A stretch of 64,000 bases of DNA from Paraspadella gotoi (lineage: Eukaryota; Animalia; Chaetognatha): NCBI GenBank assembly GCA_051294375.1, contig CM119269.1, positions 14,206,612 through 14,270,611 on the forward strand, written 5' to 3'. The translations under genes and the position numbers were made by a program. Under the pieces are notes generated by a model. It did not search any database, was not told where the DNA came from, and saw only the letters and a program-made list of their open reading frames with translations. How positions within the stretch are numbered: position 1 is the stretch's first letter; every line of letters begins with the position of its first letter. Of this stretch, positions 1 to 45,768 are shown piece after piece.

Positions 1-2335
1 ATCGGCAATGACGTCATCGTGGCATCGAGATGCAGTTCGGCGCCAAACAGAATCACGAGAGATACGGGTGAGTCACCGGTTTTTGTGAGGTTTAACGGAG
101 TTTTTGGCTTTGTATTTATTTTTGGGTTATGCGTTTCGCAAGTTATATACTTTTTTCCTAGATAATATAACACACAATTCGAACCAAGATAGAGGCTCAC
201 CCTATCGCCAGCGAACAAAACCTATGAGTCATGAAGTGTGTTCATATTGTTCATACTGATCACCTAACAGTGTTCACAGTTCACTGTTCACTGAACCGGT
301 TTTTGTGTTTCTCGTGAAAATCGAGTGAAGACGATCATCGTCGTGAAAATACAAATCTATAAATATAACTATTTAATAAATGTTGAGCAAATGATGGAAA
401 GAGGAAAGGAGAAAAAAAGAAAACATCCTAAAACTCAAGAAAAGGACTTAAAATGGAGGCAGAAAGAAAAGGAAAGAAAAGTTACATCATGATTTTAAAA
501 GTGAGGGAAATATGTAAGAGGATGAAAACTGGGTACAAATCAAGGACACCGAATTTTAAATGCAGAAAACCAACCGGTTGAAAGAGGTTAATTAGAGTAA
601 GGTACAAAGTACCTAAGTAGAGAGAAGGTACAAGGTACCTAAGTAGCAAGAATAATGGCACTCGATTAACGAAAAGAACAAAAAATGGAGGCGTTGATTT
701 TCTTTTTTTTTTTTTGTAAACGCCATAGGAAAATCAGTTTGAGGAACAAAAATTAAAAAAAAAAATTAAGTAAATTGAGCATTCATTCAAACCGGTTAAA
801 AATTTTAAAAATTCAAGAAAGCTCAGCTCTTTTTTTAGCATGCGTTATTTTCGTCCTCGCCCCAGCCGGTTTTAACAAAACGGTCTAAGAAAAATAGTTG
901 TATCAGGTTTTACGAAAAGATAAGAAGAAAAATAAACATAAATTCTCTCAGTTCTTTTATTAAATAAGATCAAATTGGGGTGGAATATTTACACCGCCAC
1001 AAATCCCGCTTCTTGGCACAGTGGGTAACACTCTATCCCAAGCGCTGGATTCAATCCTGATTCCATCGTCCGAACGACTTCCCTCTGCGTTCACATAGCG
1101 AGACCCTCCTATGGTAACCGCGCCAATGGTAGGCGGCGCCACTGAGGGACTAAAGCCTCTAAAGCGAACAGCCTCATCCCCATGGGCATCACAGGCAACC
1201 CGGCTGTTGTTATAAAATCTTTTTTTAACGCCCGTCCGTTTCTCGGGTATTTTCTCGAATAGACGTTAAATTGTCGACGCCCGATCAAGCCATGGAAGTA
1301 CTATAACAAAATTGACAGTAGCAGTCAGACAATCAGCAATACAACAGTCGAAAACAGTCAAACAGTCAAGCTCTTCCTCCCCCTTCCTTCCAGACGCCAA
1401 GAGTTACAACCCAGAATCGAAGCCTCAATCGAAACCCGAAGCGGAAAACAAAACGATCGATGCGAAGCGACGCGAAGCCGACGACGAACGCCGCTCCGAA
1501 CACTCGGCGCAGCTCCAGCTGCTCTGCGACCGACTCGAGAACAACCTCAAGGGAACCAAGTTCCAAAGCTTCGCCGAGGTGAGGCGAATCTTCCTCTCGA
1601 GGCCAACTTTGGTTTTGTTTTTGTTCTTTTTTTGAAGTTTTGGAAGATCGAAAGAGGGAGAAACGTGAAACACGCCCAATTTTTACAGCCTGCGCGAAAC
1701 CTGTTTCCCCCTTTTTTTTTTAACCCCAACTCGAGCTAGAGAAGTCGTTGAGTCATTGCAAATTGCAATCGTAGATATGGTTGACTCAAGTCAGCGAGAG
1801 ACCCAACCATTTGTTTTTAATTGAGACGTCGGCGAGGGCGCGGCGAATGTAGCCTAGATTTATTTGATCGTCCGTCCGTTAACCTGACGCCCAGAGGGTT
1901 ATCAACCTCGAGGTAATGACGTGGATGTTAAGTGGGCTTTTATGGTAGGGTTAGATCCTGAATCCTTTGGGTAGCAATGGCGGCGATTTTACCGAATGCG
2001 CCAATGACTCGACCAAAAAAAGAAAAAGAAAAAAAAANNNNNNNNNNNNNNNNNATTTTACCGAATACGCCAAAGCCTCGGCCAAAAAAAGAAAAAGAAA
2101 AGAAAGAAAGCTAATCGGCAACGAGTCGTTATTTACGACTTTTCCCGCTGATTCGATTTTTATCGATTTGTTCCAATCTTCGTCACGATTCTTAAATCGA
2201 TTTTAGGACGGAGGCCGGGCCTCTCGCCTTACCGCGTCTTCCGCTGCGACATCTGCCAGGAGCAAAACAAGAGAACAGTCGGGGTCTAGAAGAGAACTGC
2301 GCCCCGTCACCGCGCCGTCCACCCTTCAAAAGAAG
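1..2335 (+). CDS. Partial multi-exon gene of unknown product (exons <1-67, 1394-1578, 2207-2335; further exons not resolved)
   Basis: GC-rich islands with G|GTGAGT donor at 68, CCAG acceptor at 1393, GAG|GTGAGG donor at 1579, TTTTAG acceptor at 2206 and AAG|GTAAGC donor at 2336. Phases 1/0/0 join into an open frame (...ITRDT-DAKSYNPES...QSFAE-DGGRAS...TLQKK). No family recognised. Confidence 0.5.
976..1213 (+). mobile_element. Degenerate copy of the twister-ribozyme-bearing dispersed element
   Basis: Shares ordered blocks with 24399-24601: GGTGG-ATATT-ACACC, AGCGAGACC, GGTAACCGCGCCA, CACTG, AAGCC, GGGCATCACAGGCAACC. Ribozyme core at 1089-1169 has a broken T1 pairing. Confidence 0.7.
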
Positions 2336-3157
2336 GTAAGCAAAGGCCGAATGGAGCTTGAGAAAGATTGACAAGATAAGGTGCCAAGTCGGAAATAGGA
2401 AGAGGTTGGTCTACAACCAAATGTTATTGTAGATCGTGAACTATGAAAACGACAGATGTTTTACGAAGTTATGCGACTGGATTACAGAATAGTATCAGAG
2501 CGGGTGCACTTAATACGCGGCTTTTTTCTAGCACTTAGGTTTCAATGTTCATTTACAGTATATAAGGTGATAGACAGACGCGGGTCTATTACCCCCTCCT
2601 TCTCATTTACCTCTCTTCATCCTCCTCCCAGGGATTAGGATACCTTTCAGAGATTTAGATTCTCAAAAAAGCAATATATATATATATATATAATTATATA
2701 TACTTAGGATTTAGGCATTATGTGAGCCTGTTTAAGAATACCGTTACAACAGATCACCTCACCTGCATAGCTGTTTCCTATGTGACTCGCTCATGTTATT
2801 TTCCAAATAAAGTTCCAAAAAATGAGAATAATTGACAAAGAAATAAAACGTTAAGCAACTCATAACAAACTAAATCCAGCCACTTTTACATTCAGCAAGT
2901 TTAAATTAAAGGCCTATGTACATTAAAAACAAGAACTGTAATTCAAAATGTGTTGCGCCGCAGTGACTACCTTATGACCTGTATTTCTCGTGACCGTGTA
3001 TTTTTAACATGCTCTGCATCAGAATTCCGTCTTTTATTCCTTATAGATTTCCTGAAGGCGTCGCAGTCCCTTAGATTTGAGGGTTTTTTTTCTGTCTTAA
3101 CAAATGAGCAACCAAATATAGTGAAATTATATTAATTTTTAATGCAAGTGGGAAAGA

Positions 3158-3241
3158 CCGACGGACAGACATACCGACCGACAGACCGACCAAAAAGTGA
3201 CTTATTGAGTTGCTCCGCGAGTATTCGCGGCGCAACTAAAA
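3158..3241 (+). repeat. Helitron/Helentron-derived (DINE-1/HINE-like) 3' end fragment
   Basis: (GACA/GACC)n microsatellite, then AAAGTGACTTATTGAGT, hairpin TTGC-CCGCGA..TCGCGG-GCAA and CTAAAA. A similar end occurs at 18585-18641. Confidence 0.4.
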
Positions 3242-4167
3242 GGGAGTTACGACCGTTTAACGATTATTTTTGTAAAAAATTAGAAAACTCCTAATAAAGA
3301 CTGATTGCACAAATGTCGGTTTTTGTAGCATCGAAAAAAAGACAAAAACGTCAGTTTTATTTAAGTTTAACTATTTTAGAGATGAAACGAAAAATTCGTT
3401 GGAATAGCAATACAATACAAACTACAAAGTTTAACTATTAAATTAGGATAATCTCCATATTTTTTTTATTCGAAAACGTGAAAAAAACAAGTTGTCGAAG
3501 GTTTCCTTGCGCTTTTTTCGAGATTTAATCGGGTCAAAACGTAGCTGTTGAAAACAATTACGATTCATTTTTTTGGTGTGGAAACTGATTTCTCTTCTCA
3601 TTGTTAAAAAAAAAAAAAAAAGAGAAAAAAATTCGTATCTTAAGGCAAAAAAAAAAAGTAAAAAGAGAGAGAAATTATTATTGCGTGGAAATGTGACGAC
3701 TCCTGGTTCGAAAACGATCATTGAAGCGTCAGGTTAACAACTCGTTTTTCGAACAAAAAAAGAAAAAAAGAAAAATCAAAACCCAATAATTTTGGCGTCG
3801 GTGCATCGCGTTTAAATTTATAGCCAAAAAAAAAGGACCAAATAACAAATTAAAAGAAAATGAAAACAAAAAAAAAAACATAAAATTTCAATGGACCGTT
3901 TCATTAAATATTCAAAAAAAAACTAAAATAGAACAAAAAAAAGGTTGATTCCTTTCGCGTGGAACAAAAATCGAAAACGGGCGGAGATTATAGATTTTTT
4001 TTTTATCCGGGCGGATAAATTAATTAAATTGCGAGCGCATAAGTTGTAGTTCATTCAAATACTAATGTCGCCGAATTTGTAATTTCTAGGTTTTCTTTAT
4101 CGCTACTAATTTCACGTCGAGCCTTTTTTTTTTTGCTAGTCCCCCTTGCTCTCTCTAGTATGTGTAG

Positions 4168-4762
4168 TAAGGCGTAGTAAAATTCCTAAGTTTAACTTTA
4201 ATTAAAATTCTAAAAGTGAGGAACGAACAACATTATACTTATAAACATTTATGTATAAAAAAAATTTATAATAATTTTACAATTTACGCAGTAAGCCATA
4301 TTTATACTAGTACTAAAGCAATAAATGTATAAAATTTTAAAACAGTTTTTTCTAAGATTTTTTTGCAGATTTGGATTCGTCATAAAAAGTTGGATAAAAA
4401 GAAATAAAACTCTTTTTAAAAAATTCCTTCATTAAGTGGGTCAAAAATTAGAAAAAGCTATATTTTAAACTGAAAATTAACTTTTTATATATTAAATATA
4501 GTTTTTTAAATTTTTTAACCCACTTAATGAAAGAATTTTAAAAATGAAATATATTTTCTTTTATCAACTTTTGACGAGGAATTCAAATCTGCAATCTAAA
4601 TTAAGAAAAGCCTCTTTTGAAATTTTTATAAGGATAGTATATATATAAATATAGCCTACTGCGAAAATTAAAAAACATAAAATTAATTTTTTTTTACAAA
4701 ATTAATGTTCACTGATGGTATGTTGTCATATAATTGACTTTTAGAATTTTCACTACGCCTTA
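4168..4762. mobile_element. ~595-bp palindromic MITE, hAT-like
   Basis: Termini TAAGGCGTAGT / ACTACGCCTTA; long imperfect inverted arms (e.g. TTCATTAAGTGGGT / ACCCACTTAATGAA); identical 8-bp flanking direct repeat ATGTGTAG at 4160-4167 and 4763-4770. Confidence 0.85.
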
Positions 4763-4774
4763 ATGTGTAGTATT

Positions 4775-4856
<82 letters not shown>

Positions 4857-7080
4857 TCTTTAAAAATAACCGGTTAACGAAAAATCGTCAAAAATCTCCC
4901 GACGCGTCGAAGTTTCTTTTTTTTTTTCGACGCTAAGGAAAAAGAGTTCGAAATATTAACGACGGGCACTCGATAGTCGGGCACCTTTCGTACGAGTCGG
5001 GCACCTGAAGAAAAAAATCCGAAGGATATCGGGCGTCTGACGGAGCTCCTTTTCGTCGGGCGCTTTCGACGTCTCGTTGGGCGTTCACTGTCGAAATGAG
5101 AGCGAGCGCTTTTCTTATTAGACGTCAGTCGATGCTCTTAACAAGAAGCACTCGGGTTCATCCGAAGACCATTGTGTCTCTCTCTCTGTCTGTCTCTCTC
5201 TCTCTCTCTTTCGATCTCTCTCGATCCCGAAGGAAAAAAAAAGTTGATATAAAGCCACAAATTGTCACAAATTGTCGGGTGTTTTTACAAAAAAAGGTTT
5301 CGAGAACGAAAAGAGAGGGAAAACGTTCCGTTTTTTTTTTAATTAGAATTATCAAAAGTTGTACAGGCAGGTCAAGCTCTAATGGGACTAACTTCAAGTA
5401 CTTACAGCACAAAAACGGTTTACGAAAAAAAAGGATTATATTTGGATTTCTCTTTCAATCGATATCAAAAATGTTTGAAAAATTTCACGGCAACTTTGGT
5501 AATTGATGCTTTTTGCATAAAAAAGATAACATGTTATCTTTTTTTACGCCGTTTCCTTAAAAGACTTTGTCAAAATGAAGGATGGTTAATTCTGACTTTT
5601 GACCGCATAGTATTTCTGACTGCAATCCCCCCCGATTAATGAAAATGTAGGATAGAGAAGCAGGATGTCCCAGTGGGACGCATCCCTTCCATAACTTTCG
5701 ACTTTCTGCAAGCGGCAATAGTGGCAGGAATGGCAGCATTCCCAACGGGCGCGGTAGCAAAGGCATATGCCGCCTTCTCTGAACCTTTGGAGAAGGTCAT
5801 AATTTTTTTCATTTACCCATCCAAACGAATTTTTAAATTTAGTCCCAAAAGAGCTGGATTTTTCTATTTTTCTGTTTTTCTTTGGTCTCAGTCGGTAATA
5901 ACATTTTAATAATGATAAAGAAATGAAACTATGTAAGTAAATTCTTAAAACAAATTGCATTTTTTTTTCAATTTTTGAAATATATACCAGCCAGACCTGA
6001 TGATCTGGTTTTTGTTTGACTGAGTCGTGATAATGACAGGTGCCGAACTTATGAAACTCGGAGTCATAATTCTCCTCCTGATTTTAAACAGTAATCGTTG
6101 ATGTTAAGTCGTGCAGAAAAAAGTTAACTCTTCAGTTGATTAGTTTTCTCACAAGTTTATCAAAATCCTATCAATTTTCGTCATAGTTCTTTCCAACAAT
6201 CATAGAAGCAAGATGCATAAGAAGCAGCATTTTTATACGAAAACATTGTACTTTCAGAAAACGGCGAAATATACAATTAACATAAGAATAAACTCCAAAT
6301 GAATAAACATCTACAATATATTTAACAAAAAACTCGTCTAAAATCCTGCTGATATTACTTAGTTGTCATATTATATTATATTATACATTATATTAGCCAA
6401 ATTTTCGATGACTTACCCAGAACAAAAAAATTACGAATTTCCCGTAAAAATTGAAAAAAAACATTCAATGTTCGAAGTCTCATCAGTTTCTCCTGTCCCT
6501 TATACTCTTTTTCTCCGTTAAAATTTATTTTCATCCAAAATATTTTGCTAATTTTATTAGAGTTGGGTTCAACTCCATCCAATTTGTAGATAAAAAAATT
6601 TGATAGCATACTTAGCGACGACTCAGTTTTGAAGAAGAAAAAGTCCAACATGTTTAAGTGATTTCATTGCAAGAGAAAGCAATAAACTTCCTGGTTTGAA
6701 TTTCGAGTTTTGATTCACGCGCAATACATTTTATCCCACGATTTTGGACGCGGAAAGTTTAGACAAGACTTGTAAGATTAATTTATCATTGGCAAAAACA
6801 AAATGGCATTCATTGAGTTTGAAGAATCAAAACCTTTTTTTTTTTTTTTCGTAACTGAGGATTTCTTCATCATTAGTTTCTACGTTTGATAAAACTTTTA
6901 TTATTTTAATGAAACTCCTCCACTAAGCAACGCCGACTTTTCTACAAATACAATGATGAATTTATCGTATTAATTGGCATCAATTCTTCGCCAGCCCCAC
7001 TTTGTAATCAAATCAACATCGAGAGTTCAGTTTTCGTTCACAGTGAATACAATCTATGTACAGATGTGAATCTCACAACT

Positions 7081-8679
7081 TCACACGTAAACGGGTTCTG
7101 GATTCGCCTTTGAAACGTTGAGTCTCTTCGTGGGCGAAGATTGTGAAGGTTCAACCACCGAGACCACGTAGGATTCCACGTTGTTTCCTTTGGACGCCGT
7201 TTGGGAGCGCGTCGATCGGAGCTGTTCCTTTGTTTCCTTTTAATAAAATCAATAAATATTTTAATATAACGAACGATATGTGATATCTAATAAAAAACCG
7301 ACATACAAACTAACGAAGTGAACAAAGTGTTTTGTCGATTTCATGAAGACAATATACAAACTTTCTTCCCTCGAACTTATGCGAACTTACGCTTTTTCAC
7401 AATCACTAACATATTTTTTCTCTTAATATCAACATATCGTCTGCATCCGCTTCCAAAATTGCAAAGATATTCACGGATATATAATTTAAAGTTACATTTT
7501 CATTATAGAGAACAGTACAGTTTAAAAAATAAATTTTTGACAAATTTTTCGACATAATTTGTTACTTAAATCATCATCAGTGGCTGAAGTTAAACCGATT
7601 ATAACTTAAAAAATTCCGAAATATTTAGCCCAAAAAAAATGTTTTTTTTGTTGTTAACCGCACTTTCTTAAATTACGAGAATACATCTCACGTGTTTATT
7701 ATTTCTTCTCCTCGACATTGTGATGATAGAAATTTAAAAAAAAATATTAAAAAAATTATTTTTTAATGAAGAACAAAAAAAAATAGAAAAAAAAAATTCA
7801 AGTTAAAATAATATGAAAAGCTTATCTTAACTTATCTTACCTCGTTAATTTGAAAAGCTTATCTTAACTTATCTTACCTCGTTAATTTGAAAAGCTTATC
7901 TTAACTTATCTTACCTCGTTAATCCTGGACAAAAGAGAAACGCTGGATCGCGACGACGAACACAACGACGACGACGACGCCGACGTGTACCACTCGCTCG
8001 GCGCCGCTCTGCGCAGCGACGACGTCTCCGTCGACGTCGTCGTCGATGCCTCGTCGTCTCGGTCGTCGTCCTTTTTGTCGTCGAGGACGAAGGCCTCGTT
8101 GACGCGGGACGCTTCGCGGGCGTGGACCTGATTTAAGGGGATGGTATCGGGGGATGTGCATTGAGGGATCGATCGGGAGATTTAATTAGGGGATTAAGGG
8201 GATCCATTGGGTTTCGGCCGGTTTACTTTTGAGTTTTTGATATACTTTACTTTTCACTATCGTCTACTATTCTTATTAGGAATCTATACGTCACATCCGA
8301 GAGCTACAATCGCTTAGCCCTAATTAATGACTCCCCCATTGGCTAACGGATTGACCAATCAGCATCATCGCCTACCCTGTGATCTTTTCGATATTCGGTA
8401 GTGATGAATTTAAACATGAGGACGACGATGACGATGGCGTAAATGGCGATCACGATCAGAATGTAGAGGAGAGTGTCATCCTGATGAAAAAAAAATGTAC
8501 GTTAGTGAGACGCTATTATTTACTAATATTAAAATCAGATATATTACTAAATATAGTAACGTAATTAAAAGTACCTGGTGTATATAGCTGCCGTCTTGCT
8601 CTTGAGTGTTTTTCTCCGTTTCCTGAACCGAATCTTCGGACAGGAATCGTTGGAAGCCCGCGTCAGTTTCGTTGTTCAT
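7081..8679 (-). CDS. 3-exon orphan gene (8679-8575, 8127-7915, 7236-7081), ~157 aa Ser-rich disordered protein ending PVYV
   Basis: ATG at 8679. All junctions are phase 0 with GT donors and AG acceptors, and the frame is open: MNNETDAGFQRFLSE...HQ|VHAREASRVNEAFVLDD...SRINE|ETKEQLRS...NPEPVYV*. Upstream exons cannot be excluded. Confidence 0.6.
7814..7923. repeat. 37-bp tandem repeat x3 spanning an exon end and its 5' splice site
   Basis: Unit TGAAAAGCTTATCTTAACTTATCTTACCTCGTTAATT; on the minus strand it contains AACGAG|GTAAG. Confidence 0.9.
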
Positions 8680-9916
8680 TTCTTCGGAATTTTAAAGTTG
8701 ACGTTTTTATTTAAATGATTAAAGCTTCTATTTTTATTTGTGTGAATGAAGCCTGCTTTTTGATTCATATTACTAAAGTGAACATTCAGGGATATACGGG
8801 GATTAAATAAAAGACGAATCCAATTAATAATTAAACCCTCCAAAAAATTTAACTTCTTTTATCTTTATTCTATAATCTTTTCTATTCTTCAACTAATAAG
8901 AAAAACTAACTCTTAATTAAGTTATAATTTTATATCCAGCCAATTTCCACAACGTCAGCAATCAAAACAGTCTCAGGTTTATTTACCTCCTAAAAGATTT
9001 TCCAGTTTGAAAATTCCTTTGAAAAAAGAAAAATTCGCTTTGGGATGCAGACGCTGATTTCTGTATGATTCCAAAAATTTTTTGAATATCATAATACGAT
9101 CATAGTTTCGTATTATTGTTTTGTATTGTATTGTTTTGTATTGTATTGTATTGTATTGTATTTTATTGTATTGTATTTATTTATATTCGCAAATGAAACA
9201 AAACAGACGAAAAGTAAACAGTTTTGTTTTGTTTTTCTTTGTTTCGATTTTTCTTTTTTTTTTGTTCTCGAATGATATGACTTCACTTTTTGTCCACGCG
9301 TCTCGATGCGTCACTTTTGGTTCCGTCGTCATCGTCGTCGNNNNNNNNNNCGTCGTCGACGGTCGTCTTTGTTTGCCCTCGCCTCTCTTCGACTCTAATC
9401 AGTTTCCTCCCTTTCCTCCTCCCTGCCTCCTCTTCCTCCCTCCCCCCTTTTTCGCGTCCACTAAGTCCCGTCCCTTCGGAGGAAAACTTATTTCTTGCTC
9501 TTCTTCTTCTTCTTTTTCTTCTTCCTCCTCTCTCCTCCTCCTCCTCCTCTCCTTTCCCTGCGGTCGCAAACTCCTTTTCTTCCCCTCACAAATCTCAATA
9601 TTCCTCCTCTCATTATCATTTGAGAATCGATCCCCTTTCCCCTCCCCTCCCTTCCCCTCCCCCTTCCCTTCCACCTCCTTTCTCCTCTTCCGAATCCTCT
9701 CTTCCATGGGCACTTAACAGCCCATGGGGTCGGGAGCTATCATGGTGTCGGTTTCACTCTGCCCCTCGCGCTCTAAGTCACGTGAACTCCGAGAGTCACG
9801 GACGGCGTGATTTCTGCGGTCTTCGTTCGTTCGGACGGAGAATCTCCGAATCACGTAACGAAGAACTAAAAGGGAAACGGTTACGTCGTTGGGTTCGGAT
9901 CGAGCGAGAGTCGGGA

Positions 9917-9929
9917 GTCACCATGGAAC
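9917..9929. promoter_or_regulatory. RFX X-box-like motif in a GC-rich region upstream of the FAM228 gene
   Basis: GTCACCATGGAAC resembles the palindromic GTNRCC-AT-RGYAAC X-box but is 1 nt short. Confidence 0.3.
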
Positions 9930-10184
9930 TTTTTTCAAAAAACCGAACCGTCAATCTTTTGTTTGAGTAACGAGTGAGAAACTGAGAATCCGTTGACTCG
10001 ATTCAGTCACTACGATTTCTTAAAATGGCTCCGGTGGTCGCGATATATTTTCGGACGAAATTTACCAATACAAATGCAATATATATATACACTAGGGAAA
10101 AGCAAATAAATTTTACCGCTATGTCCAAAAAATAAAACGCTACATAGAATCTAGTTTAAGTCTCAAACTTAACTGTCCTTTCAG

Positions 10185-11920
<1,736 letters not shown>

Positions 11921-11927
11921 TGAGAAT

Positions 11928-11975
<48 letters not shown>

Positions 11976-13570
11976 GATGTCAAACTAGTAAACTTAATAC
12001 TTTTTACTTAAATTATGGAAAGAGGATTAAGAGGATTAAGAAAAAGAATAAATGGAGGCTGAAAATGGAAAGCAAATGATTTTTTGCTGATTGGATGTGA
12101 GAAGATATAACTTGAGATAAGAGTTAATCTGACAAAGATGAAGAGGCTGAAAGAGAAAAGGTTTATCTATTTTTGAAATGTTACAGAAGGAAGCGCCAAA
12201 GAGTTAGATTTTTATCTTACAATAAATGAGGTTTTGGGGAAATGCGCTAAAATCTCACAAAACAAATAAAAATTTATTCACTTTTTACACGGACGATGTG
12301 ATCATTCTTGTTGGTAATTTGCAGACGGCATGTTGAGAGTCCGACTCATCTTAAAAACTGTCGCATGAATTTAACTCTTTATATTTCCTAATTTAGCATT
12401 GATATCCGGTTGAGCGGGAAAATCACTAAGCTCACTAAACTAATGGCTCTAAAATTAAACTTGGGAGATAAAACAATACAATTCTGTTTTAAAAGCCGAG
12501 GCTCAACTGAGTATTCATGCAATTCTACCATCGTTTTCTGTTAAATGTTAACTGTTGACTATAGTAAAGAAATAACTCATAATGTGTTAGAGTTTTACAT
12601 GCTTGACTGTTAAATGCGAAGCTTTTTTTTCTCCGTGTTCCAGGGTCTTTTTGAGAATATTTTCTCCGACTCCGTAGCCGTAGTATTTCCATTTTTAACT
12701 TTTACAGAAATTTCCTGTGCGCATGCTTCGATGTTGTCAAAACAAATTGCATTTTAAACGCAAATATAATTATTTAAATCTTTTATCGGACTTATTAAAC
12801 TTCAAAACTTCAAACTCGGAACGGTAGCCCAGGGAGATAGGGAAGTTTAAATATGTTTTATTGATTAGCTGTGTAAACAAATTTCAGCTTCTTTCACTGT
12901 TTGGCCGTCGATTTAAAATAAGGAGATCTCATTTAAATTTCGTATTTTTATTTCATAAAATAATGATTGTGATAGAGGGAAAGAATCTGGTTCAACAAGT
13001 TTAAATAATTCTATATTAAAAAAGCCTAGATATTATAAAAAAACTGATTTCCAATTTTTAAAAAAATTTCAAACTTCAGTTAGTCCTACTTTTCTGTACA
13101 AAAAAATATAATTTTCTTCCTTCTACTACAAAAATTACCAATTAAAATTACAACTTCGGAGCGCCATCAGATTCACGCGGGAAAAAATTAATGTAAATTA
13201 AGTAATCGGGTTTTTTTTTTCGAAGCGTCGACCAGCGTAAGTCGGGAAAACAAGATAGCAACGTCTCCGGTAGAGGGGGGAAGTATCGCGCTCAATCGAT
13301 TGTCGGTTCGCGCCATCTTGTATTCAATCGTCTTCCGTTCTAAAAACTAACTTAAAGTACATTACGCGCCTGAACAGCGGATATTGCATCGTAAAAATAT
13401 ACAAAAGTTACAAGGGATTAGAAGCACTTTTAAACAATTCAGTTTTTAAGCACCAAGGTAGTCGTTGCAAAATAATAATGAGGTACAGTTAAGTACATTT
13501 ATCACGTTTTTTTTTAAACTGCCCCGAAATAAGTAAAAAAAATAAAGACTAAAAAAGATTTGCTAATTCG

Positions 13571-43496
<29,926 letters not shown>

Positions 43497-43861
43497 TTTC
43501 GTCGTCAATTTTGGTCACTTCCGCTTCACGCCAGCGTTTCAGCGTTTAAGTTTATATTTTCTTTCCTACTTCGTTTCCGTTAAATGTCACGTCTGTCACG
43601 TTGACAACGAGACGACAATGTTCCCACCCAAAGTCATTTCCACTGCGACGAATTAGTCATTAAGTGTCACGCGAACTTCGTGTGTCAGTGTAGTTTCTCA
43701 AAAAGTTTTTCTCGCGCCGTGACAGGGCTTTTCCACGAAGTGTCACGGTCGCACCGTGACAGGGTTTTTTCCACGAAGTGTCACGGTCGCACCGTGGCAG
43801 GTTGAGTTTTTCGACGACTGTGGACTTTCGTTCGAGGATTTCCAAGGACGACATGAGTGTA

Positions 43862-43954
<93 letters not shown>

Positions 43955-45727
43955 TTTTTTTGCTCTTTTTATATTCAACTTCGAATTTATTAGTTTTTTA
44001 ATAAATATTTTCACTCATAAATGTTTTTAGAGTCTTAACGTTCATGAGCGAGAATACGGCTTTTTCCGTAGCTCGTCTCGACTGCACATTTTAGAAGTAA
44101 AAAAAAATTATAATATTTCTTTGAGGAAGTCTTAGTTGGCGTTTTCTTTTTATCTTTTCTTTTTTTGTGTGTGTGTTTTTTCTTATGATTTTTTTTTCAA
44201 TCCGTAATCTTGAAAGAATTCCTTTTTATAATAATTAGTTGTCGTTTTGTTTTGTTTTTATTTCCAAGCGTTAAAAGTGTTTCATTTTTAATTGTTTTTT
44301 ATTGTTTTGCTTTTTTCTTTTCTTTCGCTTTTCGCAGATTTTCGATTCTTCTTTCCAAGTTTTTTTTTTCTTCTTACGAATTCCTTTTTTTATTAACAAA
44401 TTCGTCTCACTTTTTTTTCCCTGCGTCTGACGGAATCGAAAGACAAAAAGCAAATAGGAAATGACCTTTGGTTTCATCCACCTCACTTTCTTTCTTTCTT
44501 TTTTCTTTTCTTTTTACATTTTTTTCTATTTCTTTCTCATCCTATTTTTTTCCTAACCTTTTCTCGCTGGGGAATGTCTCGTGGTAACTCAGAGCGTTAA
44601 TTTACAAGCAGGAACCAAAACGGCCAAGCATAAAAACATATCAATATCCATCATATTACGTATTCTTAGCGTCTTAAAAAGGTTCCACATTAAATCAAAT
44701 AAAATTACTATCTGAGTTAAAGGGGATAAATTTTCACCAATCTATTGTATATATACGCAACGAGTACGATAGACAAGTTAAAATGTCATTCTGTAGAATA
44801 TTAAGTCGAGAAACGGGCTGGAGAATCTTTACAAATAATTACATAAATCCATAAATAAGTTTAGCTTATGTTCTGGAAAAATAGGTTTTTTTCTATCCTG
44901 CATCTACAGTGATAGTTAAATAATTCTAGGCAATTCTCTAAGACTTCTTTACCAAAGTTTACTAAAAGTTTAATCAAGCATAGTGTACAAAAACAAGATA
45001 CAAAAGCAACAAGCTTTTAATGCATCGCCCGGAAAAAAAAAGAGAATCTACATACGGTTTCACGTAACAGAAAAATTAATATATATTTGTTACCATGATA
45101 CAAAATAAATGAATATTTATTTGATTCCGGAAAGAAATACTTTTTTCGTAAATCAATATAGATTTTTAGATTAAGCAAGAATCGTTCAACATTATTTGCT
45201 CTTATAGATTGTCGATTAAAAACCACGAGAACTCAGTACGAGAAAGTAAATAAAGTTTTTTTTTCTTTTGCTTTTTTTTTTTGGTCTCTACAGCTAGTTC
45301 GAATTAGAATCTATTATGATCAACACGTCGACGTCTTTTGTTCGAAATAAAAAAATATATACGATTTTATTTGGATGACGTCACAGAGAGATCGGTCGCT
45401 AGCGACCTCTACACAGAATCGGAAACCAGAAAAAATTATTTCCTGTAGATGTCGATAGATCCTTTAACTATTCGATTAGAACGTTTCAGAAAAAAAAAGG
45501 GTTAAACTTAATGAAATGAAAAAAAATTCGAGAGTAAAACCTAATTTGCTGATAATAGCTGTTGAATTGCATAAGATAAAACAAAATAATCCTTAGACTT
45601 GAGAATCGTGGTTCCAGAAAAACCATTAACCTAATAGAATATAAACAAAGAATTAAACGAAATGAAGAAACAATTAAAAAAACAAAAAAGTCGACGACGA
45701 TATTGAAATTCGATATCAAATTTTGTT

Positions 45728-45768
<41 letters not shown>

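Noticed and set aside
9399-9713. 104-aa charged ORF as a gene or first exon of the orphan gene
   Set aside because: Low-complexity purine tract, early stop, no convincing donor in frame with the 8679 exon.
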